Source: Octopus sinensis (lineage: Eukaryota). Taken from it: 64,000 bases of DNA. The position numbers and the translations under genes are program-made. The notes under the pieces are model-generated. The model was not told the DNA's origin. It made no database searches and saw only the letters and a list, made by a program, of their open reading frames with translations. The stretch is from assembly GCF_006345805.1 (NCBI RefSeq), contig NC_043013.1, positions 47,988,001 to 48,052,000 of the forward strand, in the 5' to 3' direction. Below, piece by piece: positions 38,963 through 52,370 of the stretch (position 1 is the first letter of the stretch; each line of letters begins with the position of its first letter).

Positions 38963-39357
38963 TATTGTTGTATTTAGGAATGGTCATTATGCCAGTTTAG
39001 CCAATAAAAACACACGCACTATATATTTGGTGTTAATTTACTTCAGCGTTATTCATTTTTTACATTAATCTTAATCTTATTTCGGGCAGAGTTCTTTCGT
39101 CACACTTCTGCGACCTCATCAGTGGTCCTTTGCTTTCTTCTTTCTTATTTGTGTGTCTCTCCTTACTAACGGTCAGCTATTTTGTATTTTGCATTCCTAT
39201 TGTATGTGTCTGCATTTGCGCATGCGTATACCTCTATGTGTGTCTATGTTTAGTTAGTGTGTGTGTGGGGGGGGGGAGAATTGCCTGTAATATTTGTATC
39301 TCCTGTTTATATATATTGGCTAAACTGGAAAAATGACCATTCCTAAATACAACAATA
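38963..39357 (-). mobile_element. Inverted-repeat-bounded cassette (44-bp arms) containing a hammerhead-like motif
   Basis: TATTGTTGTATTTAGGAATGGTCATTATGCCAGTTTAGCCAATA (38963-39006) vs TATTGGCTAAACTGGAAAAATGACCATTCCTAAATACAACAATA (39314-39357). Confidence 0.75.
39083..39128 (-). ncRNA. Putative type I hammerhead, stem I weak
   Basis: rc: GGACCA-CTGATGA-g-GTCGCA gaag TGTGAC-GAA-AG aa CT-C-TGCCCG; good core and stem II, extra G after A9, poor stem I. Confidence 0.5.
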
Positions 39358-41012
39358 TATGTTTCAACACACGATTTCACATCAAAAATCTTGCAAAACA
39401 AATATATAAACGTAACTTTTCATTACCAGTTTCATTTTAATTGATGGCACTTTCTTTGGCTCATTGCATTAAGTATGCAATGCCCAGCTGAACTGCATAA
39501 TATATAATATTATACATATAGTATTTTGAAGGTGATTAAATAAAATGTGTGAAATGTACAAAATTGTTTTTGTTTTGTTTTTTATTCCCCAAGGTCGGAT
39601 ACTTTTTGAATGCACCTCGTATATTTCATTTAATTCTATGTTACCACATGAAATTTGTATAACTTTTAGAAAAAAATTATCTTGTTTTGCGTAAAAAAGG
39701 TACAATCGTATTTACTTCCTGACTTCAATATTCAACTTGTAACTACAAGAAATATTTGTTGCGTCTTCACTGGCAAAATATGCATCATTTTTTTTTTCTT
39801 GGAATAGGGAACAAAAGAACGGTGACAAATGTATTACCTCTAGTCCAAATCTAAATAGTTTCCCATCTGGCAGAAGTACAATCACCAAATGATTCGACAT
39901 CTTTAAGTCTGTTATATCCTTTTTTTAAATTTTATAATTATAATACTGGTTTCATTCATTGGGTAGCATCCCGCTGGGAGCACCACCGTCAGATATATCA
40001 CTTCCAATATTTACTTCAATCTGATACCTATTTTGCAGTTTTCTATTCGGGAAATCACGAAAATAATTTCTGAAACAAAGGACGTAATTCTACGCGTCAT
40101 TTTGCGCACACATTTATTAATGTGTAACAGTATTTTTTTTATGGTTTCGCCCATGGACGATTTTATATGGAGAACTTGTCACAGACATTTTATTGTGTTG
40201 AGTAGTGATGCCAACTTAAACAAGATTTAGAATTCCTCTGGAGAACAAGAAATTGATATTCGTCTCTAACTATTGATTTCCTATCAGAGTTTGTGTGACC
40301 CTTGTGATCATAAAGAGTCAATAATAGTAAATTGCAATATCGTTACATTTTCATATCAAAATGACAATGATTAAAACCAAAACTACAACAGCCATTATTT
40401 CATGATTTAATCTGAGAATGAATGTAAAGAATATCGGTTATCAATTTTATATAGGTATGTTTAGATAAAAGAAACTTTGCACAATTTAGCCTTTCATGTA
40501 ATTATGTTCAAAATAGTAATTTATCGACAAAAAAATTGCACACGTCAATCCCAGCTTTCATAAATCAATTTGGGAACTATCAGAATTAAGTACCTGGTCA
40601 GCATCACTCTGAAATATTTTTATAAAATAAATTTTGTAATTTGACAAATGTGTTCGGAATTTAAAATATTATTTGAGGAAAATAATGGATGGAATAGTAT
40701 AAATAATCATTTACCAAATTATTTGCTATTATAACCATTACAGTTAATGTTGGTTTTCTTTAATTTTTCATAAGGTTTGGAAAATCAATTTTGTGTTTTC
40801 CAGCTGAGCTCACTTCACTTAAGTTATTTTGTTAATATGTTTGAGAAAGAGAAGAAAATCAAAACTCCTCGAAAAATTCTTCTCTCTAAAAAAAATATGT
40901 CCTGATTTTATGCTGGTATCCGAAAATATTGTTGGATCAATCATTTCATCTTTTCTTTTTTACTACATTATAACCGTTAACGAAGTTATATTGGTTCTGC
41001 TAGTGCTATCTA

Positions 41013-41274
41013 CAGTTATGTCTGGGGAGAGTCATTCTCTTTTAGTGCCTTATTATTTAACAAACTCACCGGTAAAATTTCCACTTATTCCTTATTTTTA
41101 TTTTCTGAAATATGTCTTGCAAACTTTTCAATAGTCTTGACTCTTTTATTGAAAAGGTTGCAAGACGCAACGAAAATTTTAGAAAATAAAATTAAGGAAT
41201 AAGTGGAAATTTTACCGGTGAGTTTGTTATATAATAAGGCACTAAAAGAGAATGACTCTCCCCAGACACAACAG
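41013..41274. repeat. Near-perfect palindrome of about 250 bp (foldback or MITE-like)
   Basis: TGTCTGGGGAGAGTCATTCTCTTTTAGTGCCTTATTAT..CACCGGTAAAATTTCCACTTATTCC is mirrored to 41268; inner GTCTTGCAA/TTGCAAGAC and TTTTCAATA/TATTGAAAA. Confidence 0.92.
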
Positions 41275-41494
41275 AATATGCTTCAACACACGAACTCATA
41301 TAAAGAATCTTGCAAACCAAATCCAAAAAATGAAATATCTACAGTTAGTTTTAGGTTTATCAAGTCAGTTTCGGAAAAATGCAAATAAACGTATAAAAAC
41401 TATCTTCTATTGTTGACACAGGTGACATAGTGAACACAATGCCTAGATACCAAACGTAATAAATGTACTAGACATAGAGACACGCACATACACA

Positions 41495-41548
<54 letters not shown>

Positions 41549-42011
41549 ACAAGTAAATATACACAACACACACAACAGATTGGCATCAAGCATAATAGCT
41601 TTACTTAAACAGATACACACTCACACATACATGTACGAGCCTAAGTTATAGTACATAGTACATAATAGTTAGTTGGTTTCTTGTGTTGTTTGCAACATAT
41701 CTTAGACTTTATTATCCTTGTTTAGTCGAAGGAACAGAGTGTAGCATCAGTATATTTTTCAGCTCATCCCAGCAAATCTGTGATTTTGATGCTGCTGATA
41801 TTCACCGTGTATTGGTTGATACTTTAGAAGAAACTCATACAGGGAAAGAAATCTGAAGGGCTGCGATTCTGGGGGTGGAAGAAGTTTGGAAAATGAGACG
41901 AAATAAGAATGACACGAAGTGATGATAAGGCATTGGAGTAGTTTTGATAGAGGTGACACACAGTTTGCAATTATTAGTACATAAGACTTATAATAGTATA
42001 CTACTATACAG

Positions 42012-42317
42012 GTGGAGGCGCAATGGCCCAGTGGTTAGGGCAGCGGACTCGCGGTCGTAGGGTCGCGGTTTCGATTCCCAGACCGGGCGCTGTGAGTGTT
42101 TATTGAGCAAAATCACCTAAAGCTCCACGAAGCTCCGGCAGGGGGTATTGGCGATCCCCGCTGTACTCTTTCGCTACAACTTTCTCTCACTCTTTCTTCT
42201 GTTAGCCTGCCCGCTTAGCCAGCGGGGTGGCGTCATTTGAAGGCTAAAACAATGCGAAGCGCATTGTGACCAGCGATGTGTAGCAACATCTGATAGCCTA
42301 GTCGGTCACGTGACGTG
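42012..42317 (+). mobile_element. tRNA-Arg-like SINE (family 3) with 12-bp target-site duplication
   Basis: A box TGGCCCAGTGG, anticodon-like TCG, B box GGTTTCGATTCC; tail CACGTGACGTG; TSD ACTACTATACAG at 42000-42011 and 42318-42329. Confidence 0.92.
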
Positions 42318-42683
42318 ACTACTATACAGAGACCTATAAGTGTACGCTATTATAGAGAGAGCAGTAATAGTACACTATTATAGGTCTCACTGGTGTTGTA
42401 AACAGCTTAGCAGCTGAATACAGCTGAAATATAACCAGGTGCATAAATATATGGTCACCATTTAATATGCTGCAGCTAAGTAGCAATTTTAAATGTTTAG
42501 GGAAGCGGTTGAGGGGCTTTGCAGTGATGTACTTCTTCTTGATGTAAATAGTGATTAGCACACTGGACACAAAATGCTTAGCGGCATTCCGTCCATCTTT
42601 ATGTTCTCAGTTCAAATTCCCCATTTGATTACACGTTAATATATCAACTATTATGAAAATGTATCGACTATATCGACTATATA

Positions 42684-43069
42684 GGCTGTGTGGTAAGTAG
42701 CTTGCTTACGAACCACATGGTTCCGGGCAGTGGCACCTTGGGCAAGTGTCTTCTACTATAGCCTCGGGCCGACCAAAGCCTTGTGAGTGGATTTGGTAGA
42801 CGGAAACTGAAAGAAGCCCGTCGTATATATGTATATATATGTGTGTATGTTTGTGTGTTGTGTTTGTTCCACCCCACCCCCCAAGTTCGCTTGACAACCG
42901 ATGCTGGTGTGTTTACGTCCCCGTAACTTAGCGGTTCGGCAAAAGAGACCAATAGAATAAGTACTAGGCTTACAAAGAATAAGTCCTGGGGTCGATCTGC
43001 TCGACTAAAGGCGGTGCTCCAGCATGGCCACAGTCAAATGACTGAAACAAGTAAATGAGTAAACGAGTA
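42684..43069 (+). mobile_element. SINE family 1
   Basis: GGCTGTGTGGTAAGTAGCTTGCTTAC..AAGGCGGTGCTCCAGCATGGCCACAGTCAAATGACTGAAACAAG. Confidence 0.92.
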
Positions 43070-44486
43070 TAACTGACAAACCAATTTCTATGGAGATGAT
43101 GATGTTACAAAAACTGACAAATATGTATCAAATATGAAAAAGTAACGTTGAGTAGGTTTCTTTATCAGGTGATATGAAACAAGATTCGTATTAACATTAC
43201 ATAAGCTGTGTGAGGACGACATAAATACACGACATTGTTATTTACTCGTGACAGACATATTTCATTTAGAATGAATAAATTAAAGTGATAGAGTTATTCT
43301 AATCCTTTGACCTCCATTTATAGATTCTCCTCATAGATGTTCGCTGATTTTATCCAAATTATTATGATACACGATTTCAATGGAATTTTACAGTTTTCAA
43401 CTTCAGTTCGGCAAACTTTGCTTTAAATTCATTTCTAATTAAATTAATTGATATTTTTATGGATTATTTTTTTTCTAGCTCCGTCATTTACCAAAAATAA
43501 AATTTCAAACACACACAGATATAAATGTGCAGCAAAATAGTGGTTTTTCTCGAACGAGCTTTTGTTTTTATTTGCTTTTTTGATGATATTAGGGTAAATT
43601 AATTAATTAATTAAACTTCATTGTTTTTTGCGATTTTTTGTTAGTTAATCAACTTAAAGGGAGATCGTTTATGAGAGCTCCTTTACTTTCGGTAAATTCC
43701 ATGTTTTACAAAAACCAGGGAAATTTCATTTTGTGAATTGTGAAAAGAGAGATGGAAAAAGTGTAGACGAGAGGAAACTAAATTTCTCTATAGATTGTTC
43801 ACAAATGTAAACATCGTTGTTTTCTATATTAGAACAAACAGATTAAAATTTGAATTATTCTATTATTCATGCAAGGACCGTTATTTAAAAACGAATATGA
43901 AAATAGCTTTCCTTTTCCGAAATGTTTTCTTTCTGAAATTTAATCTTTCCTCCTAAAGTTATTCGAATAAAACCAGAAGCTAACGAACTGTTTAGGGTCT
44001 CATACAGTATTTTAGAGTTAATACGATTTTAATAGGTTTTCTCAATATGACTGAAGTTTACCACGGTTTCATGATGGGGAAGGTATTTATTACTGCGACG
44101 TTGGGAGAAAATTAAAGGAGAATAGTTAAACATCATATTCACAAGGTACAAGGACCAAAAATATTCAAGCAAAAATATAGATTATAACTGAATATACTCT
44201 GAATAAGAAGGTTTTATAATTTTTCAGCTAAATCACGTTTGTTTTGTGAGGTTTCGTCATTTGTATGAAAACATTCTTTTCTTTTCTCTACACTGCCCTC
44301 CATTAAGCATTTAGTATTTGTTATGACTACGTAACTTAATAACTTAGATAACTCACATCCTAGAGCTGAGACAAATATATCTTTGCTCACTACCTATATT
44401 TAGGAAAATGTACGTAAATAGATCCAATATACTGCTTGATACTTGAAATAACCACTGGTAATATATATATATACACATGCACACAC

Positions 44487-44940
44487 AGGGTGCAGTGAAT
44501 ATATTGCCGTCTAAATTACGCAAAAGATGAAAATAACACTGACACCTCATTTCAACAGATATATTTACCAAAATTTCATAAAAATATCTTGAAATGCTAA
44601 AGAGTAAATTTATTCAATAAATTCGCCATAAGCTTCAACCACGGCCTCCAGACGACTTCGGAATCTCCTGTAACTGGGCGGTCTCTTTGTTGAAGTTGGT
44701 GAATGCTGCCATAATCCTTGCCATCAGTTCATTTTTGGTGTTACAAGGAGTTTTCTTGGCCTCTTACTCAACTGCATTCCACATATAATAATCAAAGGGA
44801 TTGCAGTCTGGAGAGTTAGGTAGCCAGATGTTAGGGGTGATGTTGTCTGAGAAATTGTCTGACAGCCACGACTGGGTTCTCCTGCTTGTGCTGCATGGTG
44901 CAGAGTCTTCCAGCAGCTACCCTCTTGCCAAATCCCGTTC
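44487..44940 (-). mobile_element. Tc1/mariner (maT/DD37D-like) 3' fragment with terminal repeat
   Basis: rc: DSAPCSTSRRTQSWLSDNFSDNITPNIWLPNSPDCNPFDYYMWNAVE; terminus CAGGGTGCAGTGAATATATTGCCGTC. Confidence 0.85.
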
Positions 44941-46084
44941 AGGAGCGATAGATGGATTTTTGTGACTTATCAGCATTAGGTACTTGAACCGAAGTGGAGG
45001 TGAATTGAATCGGAAATCTAAGACTATATACAAATAGTGTAATATATATGTAAGTGGGTATCAACAAATTCGGTAATAAAATATCAGCAACTTTCCGAAA
45101 TTATTGGCGATATTGGATATTATTGAACAAAGTTAATTATGATACAATGCTCTCGTTATAGGATGCCTTCGTTCTTTGAAGACCTGCTTTGTTAAATACA
45201 CTTACCTTCTTTAGATATAAGAACCTATACCAAAATGTAAATTGCTTTTGTCCGCCTCACCTCGATGAATATACTTGAAATTAACTTTTGAAATGTAGGA
45301 GAGTAAACCAATAGACATTAAAACAATATAGTTTTATATTATAAAAGCAAATAGCTTGTGTTTTTAATTTAAGAAAATTAAATCCTTAAAGAACATATTG
45401 TTCACATACAGTAATAAGAACGCTTTCGAATTCTCGACCACCATTTTGTTCTCATGTTTCTCTATTTCATCTCCACCAAAATGTTTCAATAACTTTCAAA
45501 TAGTTCTGATATACTAATCAACTATTTCAATTTTTCCTTGGCATGAAATCAAAATATCGTGTATGCATGAGGGCTAGCAGGATTGACAAAATTTCTAGTG
45601 TGGTTCCCAACATAATCATCAATTACATGTGGTAATAAGTACACGTGTGTGTGAGAGAGTATGTGTAGGTGTGTGTGAGTGTGTGCATGAATGTGTGCGT
45701 ATGTGTGTCTGTTTATATATTTAAAGAACAGAAATATTCATATTCAATAATAAAAGCATTTCGTGATTAATTTGGTACTGATCTCCAATTTTAACTAAAT
45801 TCAATTTTAGTAATAACGAATTATTTGAAAACGTAAATATCAGTAATTCTATTATTTTAATATTTTTTTTAATAATTTAGATGTCTTTTACATGCACTAT
45901 TATTACTTATTACAGTAATAATTTCAAAATGGCTTTTTGGATTTCTTGAAAACTGATGATAGTCTACGTAAAAATCAGTTAATATAAAGTTAAGAAAATA
46001 GAAAATATATTTGCCCTGACAATAGGAAAATATAACGTTTTGTGGATACTTATATATACACGTGTGTGTGTATGTGTGTGTGCG

Positions 46085-46126
<42 letters not shown>

Positions 46127-46959
46127 CGTGCGTGCGTGTGTGTGTGAAAAGAGGGCAAGGAAATAATGGAAAAGCTTAAATTGAGGGGTTGTTTTAACGG
46201 GGAGAGAGAGAGACGACAAACAAGAGGTGTAGTGTGAGAGGAAAGCGAAGGGCCAGAAAGCAGGGTATAGAGGGAAATAGGTGCAATGTTTCACTTAATA
46301 CTATTTTTTTTAATACACTACCTATGGGAATACACTTAAAATGTCAGATTAAAGTAGTGAGGTGGTGTGTAACAATACCTCAAATAACTAAACAGATATA
46401 TAAAACTACGACGACAAAATATTACAGAATGGATAGAGGTCGAGAGAAAGACCGTGATCTAACAGAGACATACACAACCATGGCCACAAATCAGACGATC
46501 GGCAAATCGGAACAGCCCGGACGCCCTGGTGCCTGGATCTGGTATATTCTTTCTTTTTCTTTTCTTTCTACTCTTTCCACCCAGAAAAAGAAACTAATCC
46601 GAAACATAAAAGTCTTATAAACCTTGTTTTCTTTTTCACTATGAAGTTAATATACTGACTTAATATTTCTCCCTTCGTTTGTTTGTGTTGTTTTGGTTTC
46701 GTCGCGGCCAAAACAGTGAAGGGTCCTTGTCTCCTAACAAAATCGGCTAACAAACCGGGAAACATATCAGAGTGATGTCCTATATTTGTGAACGAAGACA
46801 ATAAGTTGTCTCATCTGCTTGCTTTTCCTCAGCGTAGGCTTTATAAACTTGTCTCATTACATCAAATTACAAGGATGCTTCTGGAACAACTAAAACAGAA
46901 GGAAAGAAAAATATTAGTCTAGAAAATTATTAGACGGCCCCACATCCACAAAGGGCTAC

Positions 46960-47240
46960 AGGTTGCTTACGGAAAAGGTACCGTAGACAATGGCATTGTA
47001 CACATATTAATGAAGAAGGTTAAAGGAGAGCAACCATTGAAGACAAACCACGCAAGGTTTGAAACATGGGCGTATCTTTATCACACGTAAACGAAAGCTT
47101 ACTGGTATCACTTTTATTGTCTGAGGCTTGGTTCAAGTTCAGCGGTTGGCACAAGAAATCATGATCACTAATTTCGGGAATGACAAGTGCGTCATGGAGG
47201 TGATGGAGTACACCTGAACATTTTGTGAGAGGATTCGAAA
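46960..47240 (+). mobile_element. Possible highly decayed mariner relic
   Basis: KGLQVAYGKGTVDNGIVH..KKVK resembles the mariner HTH; weak. Confidence 0.3.
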
Positions 47241-47268
47241 GTTGTGTTTAATAATGTGTGTGCGTGTG

Positions 47269-47315
<47 letters not shown>

Positions 47316-47681
47316 TTATATATAAATGTTATATTTCCGTTATGAGTGTCTGTTAGGGATACGGCCTCAGATATACAAGGATTTGATAAAACTAGTCTAT
47401 AAAGAAAAACTGACCCCATATAAAAGTGACAAGCAAAATCTGTAACAAGTCTTTCTTCCTGATAACTTAGTAGCTTCTAAGTGGAAGGAAAGGCAACAAT
47501 GTTCTTTGTCTATCTCCTTAACTTATTGGAGATTTTAGACAAAATTATACTAATGTGTCCATCTGTTTTAATTTAATTAAATTCTATGTCTCTGTGCAGC
47601 TGAGGATTGCTCTGCATTTAAATTGATGCAATGGTTGCATTGTTCAATTAAATGGAGTTGTGTGAAATGATCGTACTGCAT

Positions 47682-47746
<65 letters not shown>

Positions 47747-47814
47747 ATATATATATGCATGTATGTATGTATGTATGTAGTATGTATGTATGTATGTATG
47801 TATGTATACATATA

Positions 47815-48170
47815 TAAAAAAATACAAAATGGGACAAGAACGCAAAGCACCCAGACAGGTGATACAGAAAAGGGACAACAAAACATCCAGATAGACGATA
47901 CAAAGAAAATAAGGACGGGTCATTCGGAGTGTTCTTTCCTCACTCGAGTTCCAGATTATCTTTACAATTTCGGTTGGCTATATTCGAGATTGCTCCAATC
48001 TGGCCAGCCCCAAGGAAAAACTAAGCTAGATTCCTTGGAAGAAAGCAATGAATGTATACAAAAACAAGGACGGAAAAAACGGAGAATGTTACACAAATAC
48101 AAATAACGGGACATAACAACAGGTGTCTTTCGACTATGGATGAATTAAATTAAGCTGGCGTGTGTGGAAA
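47815..48170. repeat. Second copy of the 26140-26525 repeat family
   Basis: Colinear shared blocks in the same orientation. Confidence 0.8.
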
Positions 48171-48422
48171 TAAAGCCTTACGGCAGGGATACCAGATATC
48201 ACAGGCACAGAGAGGAATATATATGTTGCACGAACGGCGGCCGAACCAAGAAAGAAAGGTCAGGCTTGGCCGAACACCGGTCACGTGGGGAGAGAAGAGA
48301 GAGGTAGAGGCAGAGGGACAGAAGAATTAAGGAGGGGCGAGAAAAAATGACAGGGACACAGTGAAGTGAAAAGAGGACGGAAGTAAGCATGAAGAGAAGG
48401 CATATTAAAAATTTACGATATA

Positions 48423-48585
48423 GACGTAGGAATGGCTGTGTGGTAAAGTAGCATGCTTACGAACCACATGGTTCCGGGTTCAGTCCCACTGCGTGGTACC
48501 TTGGGCAAGTGTCTTCTACTATAGCCTCAGGCCGACCAAAGCCTTGTGAGCGGATTTGGTAGACGGAAACTGAAAGAAACCCATC

Positions 48586-48616
<31 letters not shown>

Positions 48617-48858
48617 AATATGTATGTGTGTGTGTATGTTTGTGTGTCTGTGTTTGTCCCTCCAACATCGCTTGACAACCGATGCTGGTGCGTTTACGTC
48701 CCCGTAACCTAGCGGCTCGGCAAAAGAGACTGATAGAATAAGTACTAGGCTTGCAAAGAATAAGTCCTGCGGTCGATTTGCTCAACTAAAGGCGGTGCTC
48801 CAGCATGGCCACAGTCAAAATGACTGAAACAAGTAAAAGAGTAAAAGAGAGTAAAGAG
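48423..48858 (+). mobile_element. SINE family 1
   Basis: Full head, core and (GTAAAAGA)n tail. Confidence 0.92.
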
Positions 48859-48913
48859 TAATATTAACTTTTGAAATTTTACTTATCGTAATGTTAATTA
48901 AATTTTTCGTTTT

Positions 48914-49059
48914 GTGTGGTAAGTAGCTTGCTAACCAACTACATGGTTCCGGGTTCAGTCCCACTGCGTGGCATCTTGGGCAAGTGTCTTCTGCTATAGC
49001 CCCAGGCCAACCAAAGCCTTGTGAGTGGATTTGGTAGACGGAAACTGAAAGAAGCCTGT

Positions 49060-49096
<37 letters not shown>

Positions 49097-49342
49097 GTAT
49101 GTGTGTGTGTGTGTGTGTGTGTGTTTGTGTGTCTCTGTTTGTCCCCCTAGCATTGCTTGACAACCGATGCTGGTGTGTTTACGTCCCCGTCACTTAGCGG
49201 TTCGGCAAAAGAGACCGATAGAATAAGTACAGGGCTTACAAAGAATAAGTCCCGGTGTCGATGTGCTCGACTAAAGGCGGTGCTCCAGCATGGCCGCAGT
49301 CAAAATGACTGAAGCAAGTAAAAGAGTAAAAGAGTAAAGAGT
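48914..49342 (+). mobile_element. SINE family 1, tandem second copy
   Basis: Head slightly truncated; tail AAGTAAAAGAGTAAAAGAGTAAAGAG. Confidence 0.92.
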
Positions 49343-49547
49343 AATTACATATAGTGTATTTCGATACAATTTGGTATGTTGAGAGTACAATGTGAATATT
49401 GCCAGTTATGTGATTCGTTTGAATTCTATATGGAATGCGTATAAAATATTTACCTTATTTAATTTATTTGCGCGTGTAGAGAGTGTATATAATGTGTACA
49501 GTAGAAATCTATAGTTACATAAAGTTATCGTGTATGTCAGTGTGTCA

Positions 49548-49916
49548 GTGTGCATGCGTATGTGTGTGTGCGCGCGCATATGTGCGTGTGTGTGTGTGTG
49601 CGTGTGTGTGTGTGTGTGCATGCGTGCGCGCGTGTGTGTGTGTGTGTGCGTGCGTGTGCGCGTGTGTGTATGTGTGTGTGTGTGCATGTGTACGCGCGTG
49701 TGCGTTTGCGTGTGCGCGCGTGTGCGTGTGTGTATGTGTGTATGTGCATGTGTGCGCGCGTGTGCGTGTGCGTGTGCGCACGTGTGCGTGTGTGTATGTG
49801 TGTATGTGCATGTGTGCGCGCGTGTGCGTGAGTGCGTGTGTGTGTATGTGTGTGTGTCTGCATGTGTGCCCGCGTGTACTTGCGTGTGCGTGTGTGTGTG
49901 TGTGCGTGCGTGCGTG
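49548..49916. repeat. Alternating purine-pyrimidine (GT/GC)n tract with higher-order repeats
   Basis: About 370 bp; GTGTGCGTGTGTGTATGTGTGTATGTGCATGTGTGCGCGCGTGTGCGTG is repeated. Confidence 0.92.
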
Positions 49917-50864
49917 TTTGATTCTTTTGCTATCATTCTCCACTCTTTGCTGTTTTCGCTTTTTATTGTTATTGCAGGTTTCTACAGATGTTAATTCTTT
50001 TTGCCGTTTGTTTGCCCAACTTTTTTCTTCTCTCCTCCAGGATCTCAATTTCCTGACATAATTCTTTTATTTATTTCTCGCTCTTCTCTGTAAGTTTCCC
50101 TCTTTCTTGCGCTTCTGTTTTTTTTTTTTTTTTTTTTTACCTTACCTTACTGTTAGTTATTCGATTCCAAACACCAGTAAGTCTCTCTTATTCATTATTA
50201 GTTACTTACCATCTGACCGTTGCTAACGGATCACGTTTTCACGTAAAGGTCAAAAGATATTTTGTTTTCAGGGTTTGCCGCAATTTATTACGCAGATACG
50301 CTGCATTCTAAATCAAAATAGCGTTTGGTCGGCTTTGGCGTTATCTCAGTGCATGGTTAGCTGCAGTTCTTGTTTTATGTGCTCGACATTGCACAGAATG
50401 AATCCCTGGAGCAGTCGATTAAAATTACTTTAGAGAACACTGTGAACTCTAGAGGCGACTGGAACATTTTAGCATGGCTAAAATGAAGTTTTACCTGCAG
50501 GGCTCTCGGTGTTCTAATGAAATTTCTATCAAAAGTTTTAGTGATGTTAAGGAAAAAGCAGCAGGCGTGCCCAAGGTCAAAAGTAAGAATGTAAGAATGT
50601 TTTACCATTATAAACAATAATGGTAATGGTGTGGGAAACTTTCGAATGAGTTGAATGCTTCAAGGCAATATATTTCAATAGATACAAGTTTATAGTTGGA
50701 GCGCTAAATGTTGGAATAGAAGTGGAATTCAGAAATAGATATATACAGAGAAACGATAATGGGATTCTGAATACGAACTGAAATATATGGACATTTCTAT
50801 ATATAGAATAATACTACACATGGAAACCGTGCTGGTTAAAGTGCTTTTAATAATAGAGGTTATA

Positions 50865-51430
50865 CTGGGTTGTCCGGAAAGTTCATGCCGATTTATAGTA
50901 GCTTACCTTTCGACTTATTTTAGAACATGATTGAGTCCATAAAATAGAATTTGACTACACCTCCATTTAGAGCACAGTTTAAGCTATATTTTCGTGGAAG
51001 AAGGTTTATGTTCCTATAACCTGTGTTAATTCTGTAAGCCTTTAAAATGGAAAATAAAAAAGTTCATTTTCGGCACTTGATGCTTTGGGAAACAGACGAA
51101 AATTGCTGCAGCTTGGCTGGGATGTGTTACCCCACCCTCCATATTCACCAGATATTGCTCCTTCGGATTTCCACTTATTCAGGTCAATGCAGAATAGTCT
51201 TAATGGTAAAAATGTCAATTCCTTGGATGACGTACAAAGATACCTTGATAAATTCTTTGCCCTGAAACCACCTCAATTCTGGGAAGAGGGTATTTTCAAG
51301 TTAAAGGAAAGATGGAGACGCATTGTGCAACAAAATGTTTGATATTTGGTTGATTAAAAATGTAATGGCAAGTATCTATTGACCTTTTTCTTTCCTTTAA
51401 AAATCGGCACGAACTTTCCGGACAACCCAA
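50865..51430 (+). mobile_element. Internally deleted mariner with both TIRs and TA target duplication
   Basis: TA|CTGGGTTGTCCGGAAAGTTCATGCCGATTT ... AAATCGGCACGAACTTTCCGGACAACCCAA|TA; MENKKVHFRHLML fused to LGWDVLPHPPYSPDIAPSDFHLFRSMQNSL..WEEGIFKLKERW. Confidence 0.95.
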
Positions 51431-51582
51431 TATTTCATTTCCCATGCTGCTAGTACTAGTGATTCTAATAATTGTTATTGCTGGGTGATACTTAAGGTGT
51501 TGACGATGATAGTGGTGGGATAATAGTGAAGTTGTCTGAATTTACTAGTTGCGATATAGTCTTAATATAGTCATAGTAATGC

Positions 51583-51790
51583 AAGTCGGCGAGTTGGCTG
51601 AATCGTTAGCTCACCAGGAAAAAATGCTTAGTGGAATTTACGTTCTGAGTTCGAATTCCGCCGCGGGCGACTTTGCCTTTCATCTTTTCGAGATCGATAA
51701 AATAAGTACCAGTTGAACGCTGGGGGTCAGGGAGACGACTTACCTCCTCCCACGGAATTACTGACCATGTGCCAAAATTTAAAACCAGTA
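51583..51790 (+). mobile_element. SINE family 2
   Basis: GGCGAGTTGGCTGAATCGTTAGC..GAGTTCGAATTCCGCC..GACTTTGCCTTTCATC..GATAAAATAAGTACCAG. Confidence 0.88.
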
Positions 51791-51978
51791 TAGTCATGAC
51801 AATGCTATTATTATGACGGTGTTCGAAGTGTTGATGAAGAATATCATTTCTACTGCTTACTATACTTATCGTGACATAACAGTTACTGTTTATAATTTTG
51901 TATAGGCACAAATTTCTACAAATACTAGCTTTCTGCCTTCTAATTCTGATAATGATTTGTTTACTTCGGTATCAACAA

Positions 51979-52370
51979 GTTACTCTATACTTGTTTTAGT
52001 CATTTGACTGCGGCCATGCTGGAGCACCGCCTTTAGTCGAGCAAATCGACCCCACGACTTATTCTTTGTAAGCCTAGTACTTATTCTATCAGTCTCTTTT
52101 GCCGAACCGCTAAGTGACGGGGACGTAAACACACCAGCATCGGTTGTCAATCAATGCTAGGGGGACAAACACAGACACACAAACATATATATATACATAC
52201 ATATATACGACGGGCTTCTTTCAGTTTCCGTCTACCAAATCCACTCACAAGGCTTTGGTTAGCCCGAGGCTATAGTTGAAGACACTTGCCCAAGATGCCA
52301 CGCAGTAGGACTGAACCCGGAACCATGTGGTTGGTAAGCAAGCTACTTACCACACAGCCACTCCTGCGCC
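51979..52370 (-). mobile_element. SINE family 1, full length
   Basis: rc starts GGCGCAGGAGTGGCTGTGTGGTAAG. Confidence 0.93.

Noticed and set aside
42012-42090. tRNA-Arg-like sequence
   Set aside because: It is a SINE head: it continues into a SINE body and tail and is flanked by a TSD, so it is not a tRNA gene.
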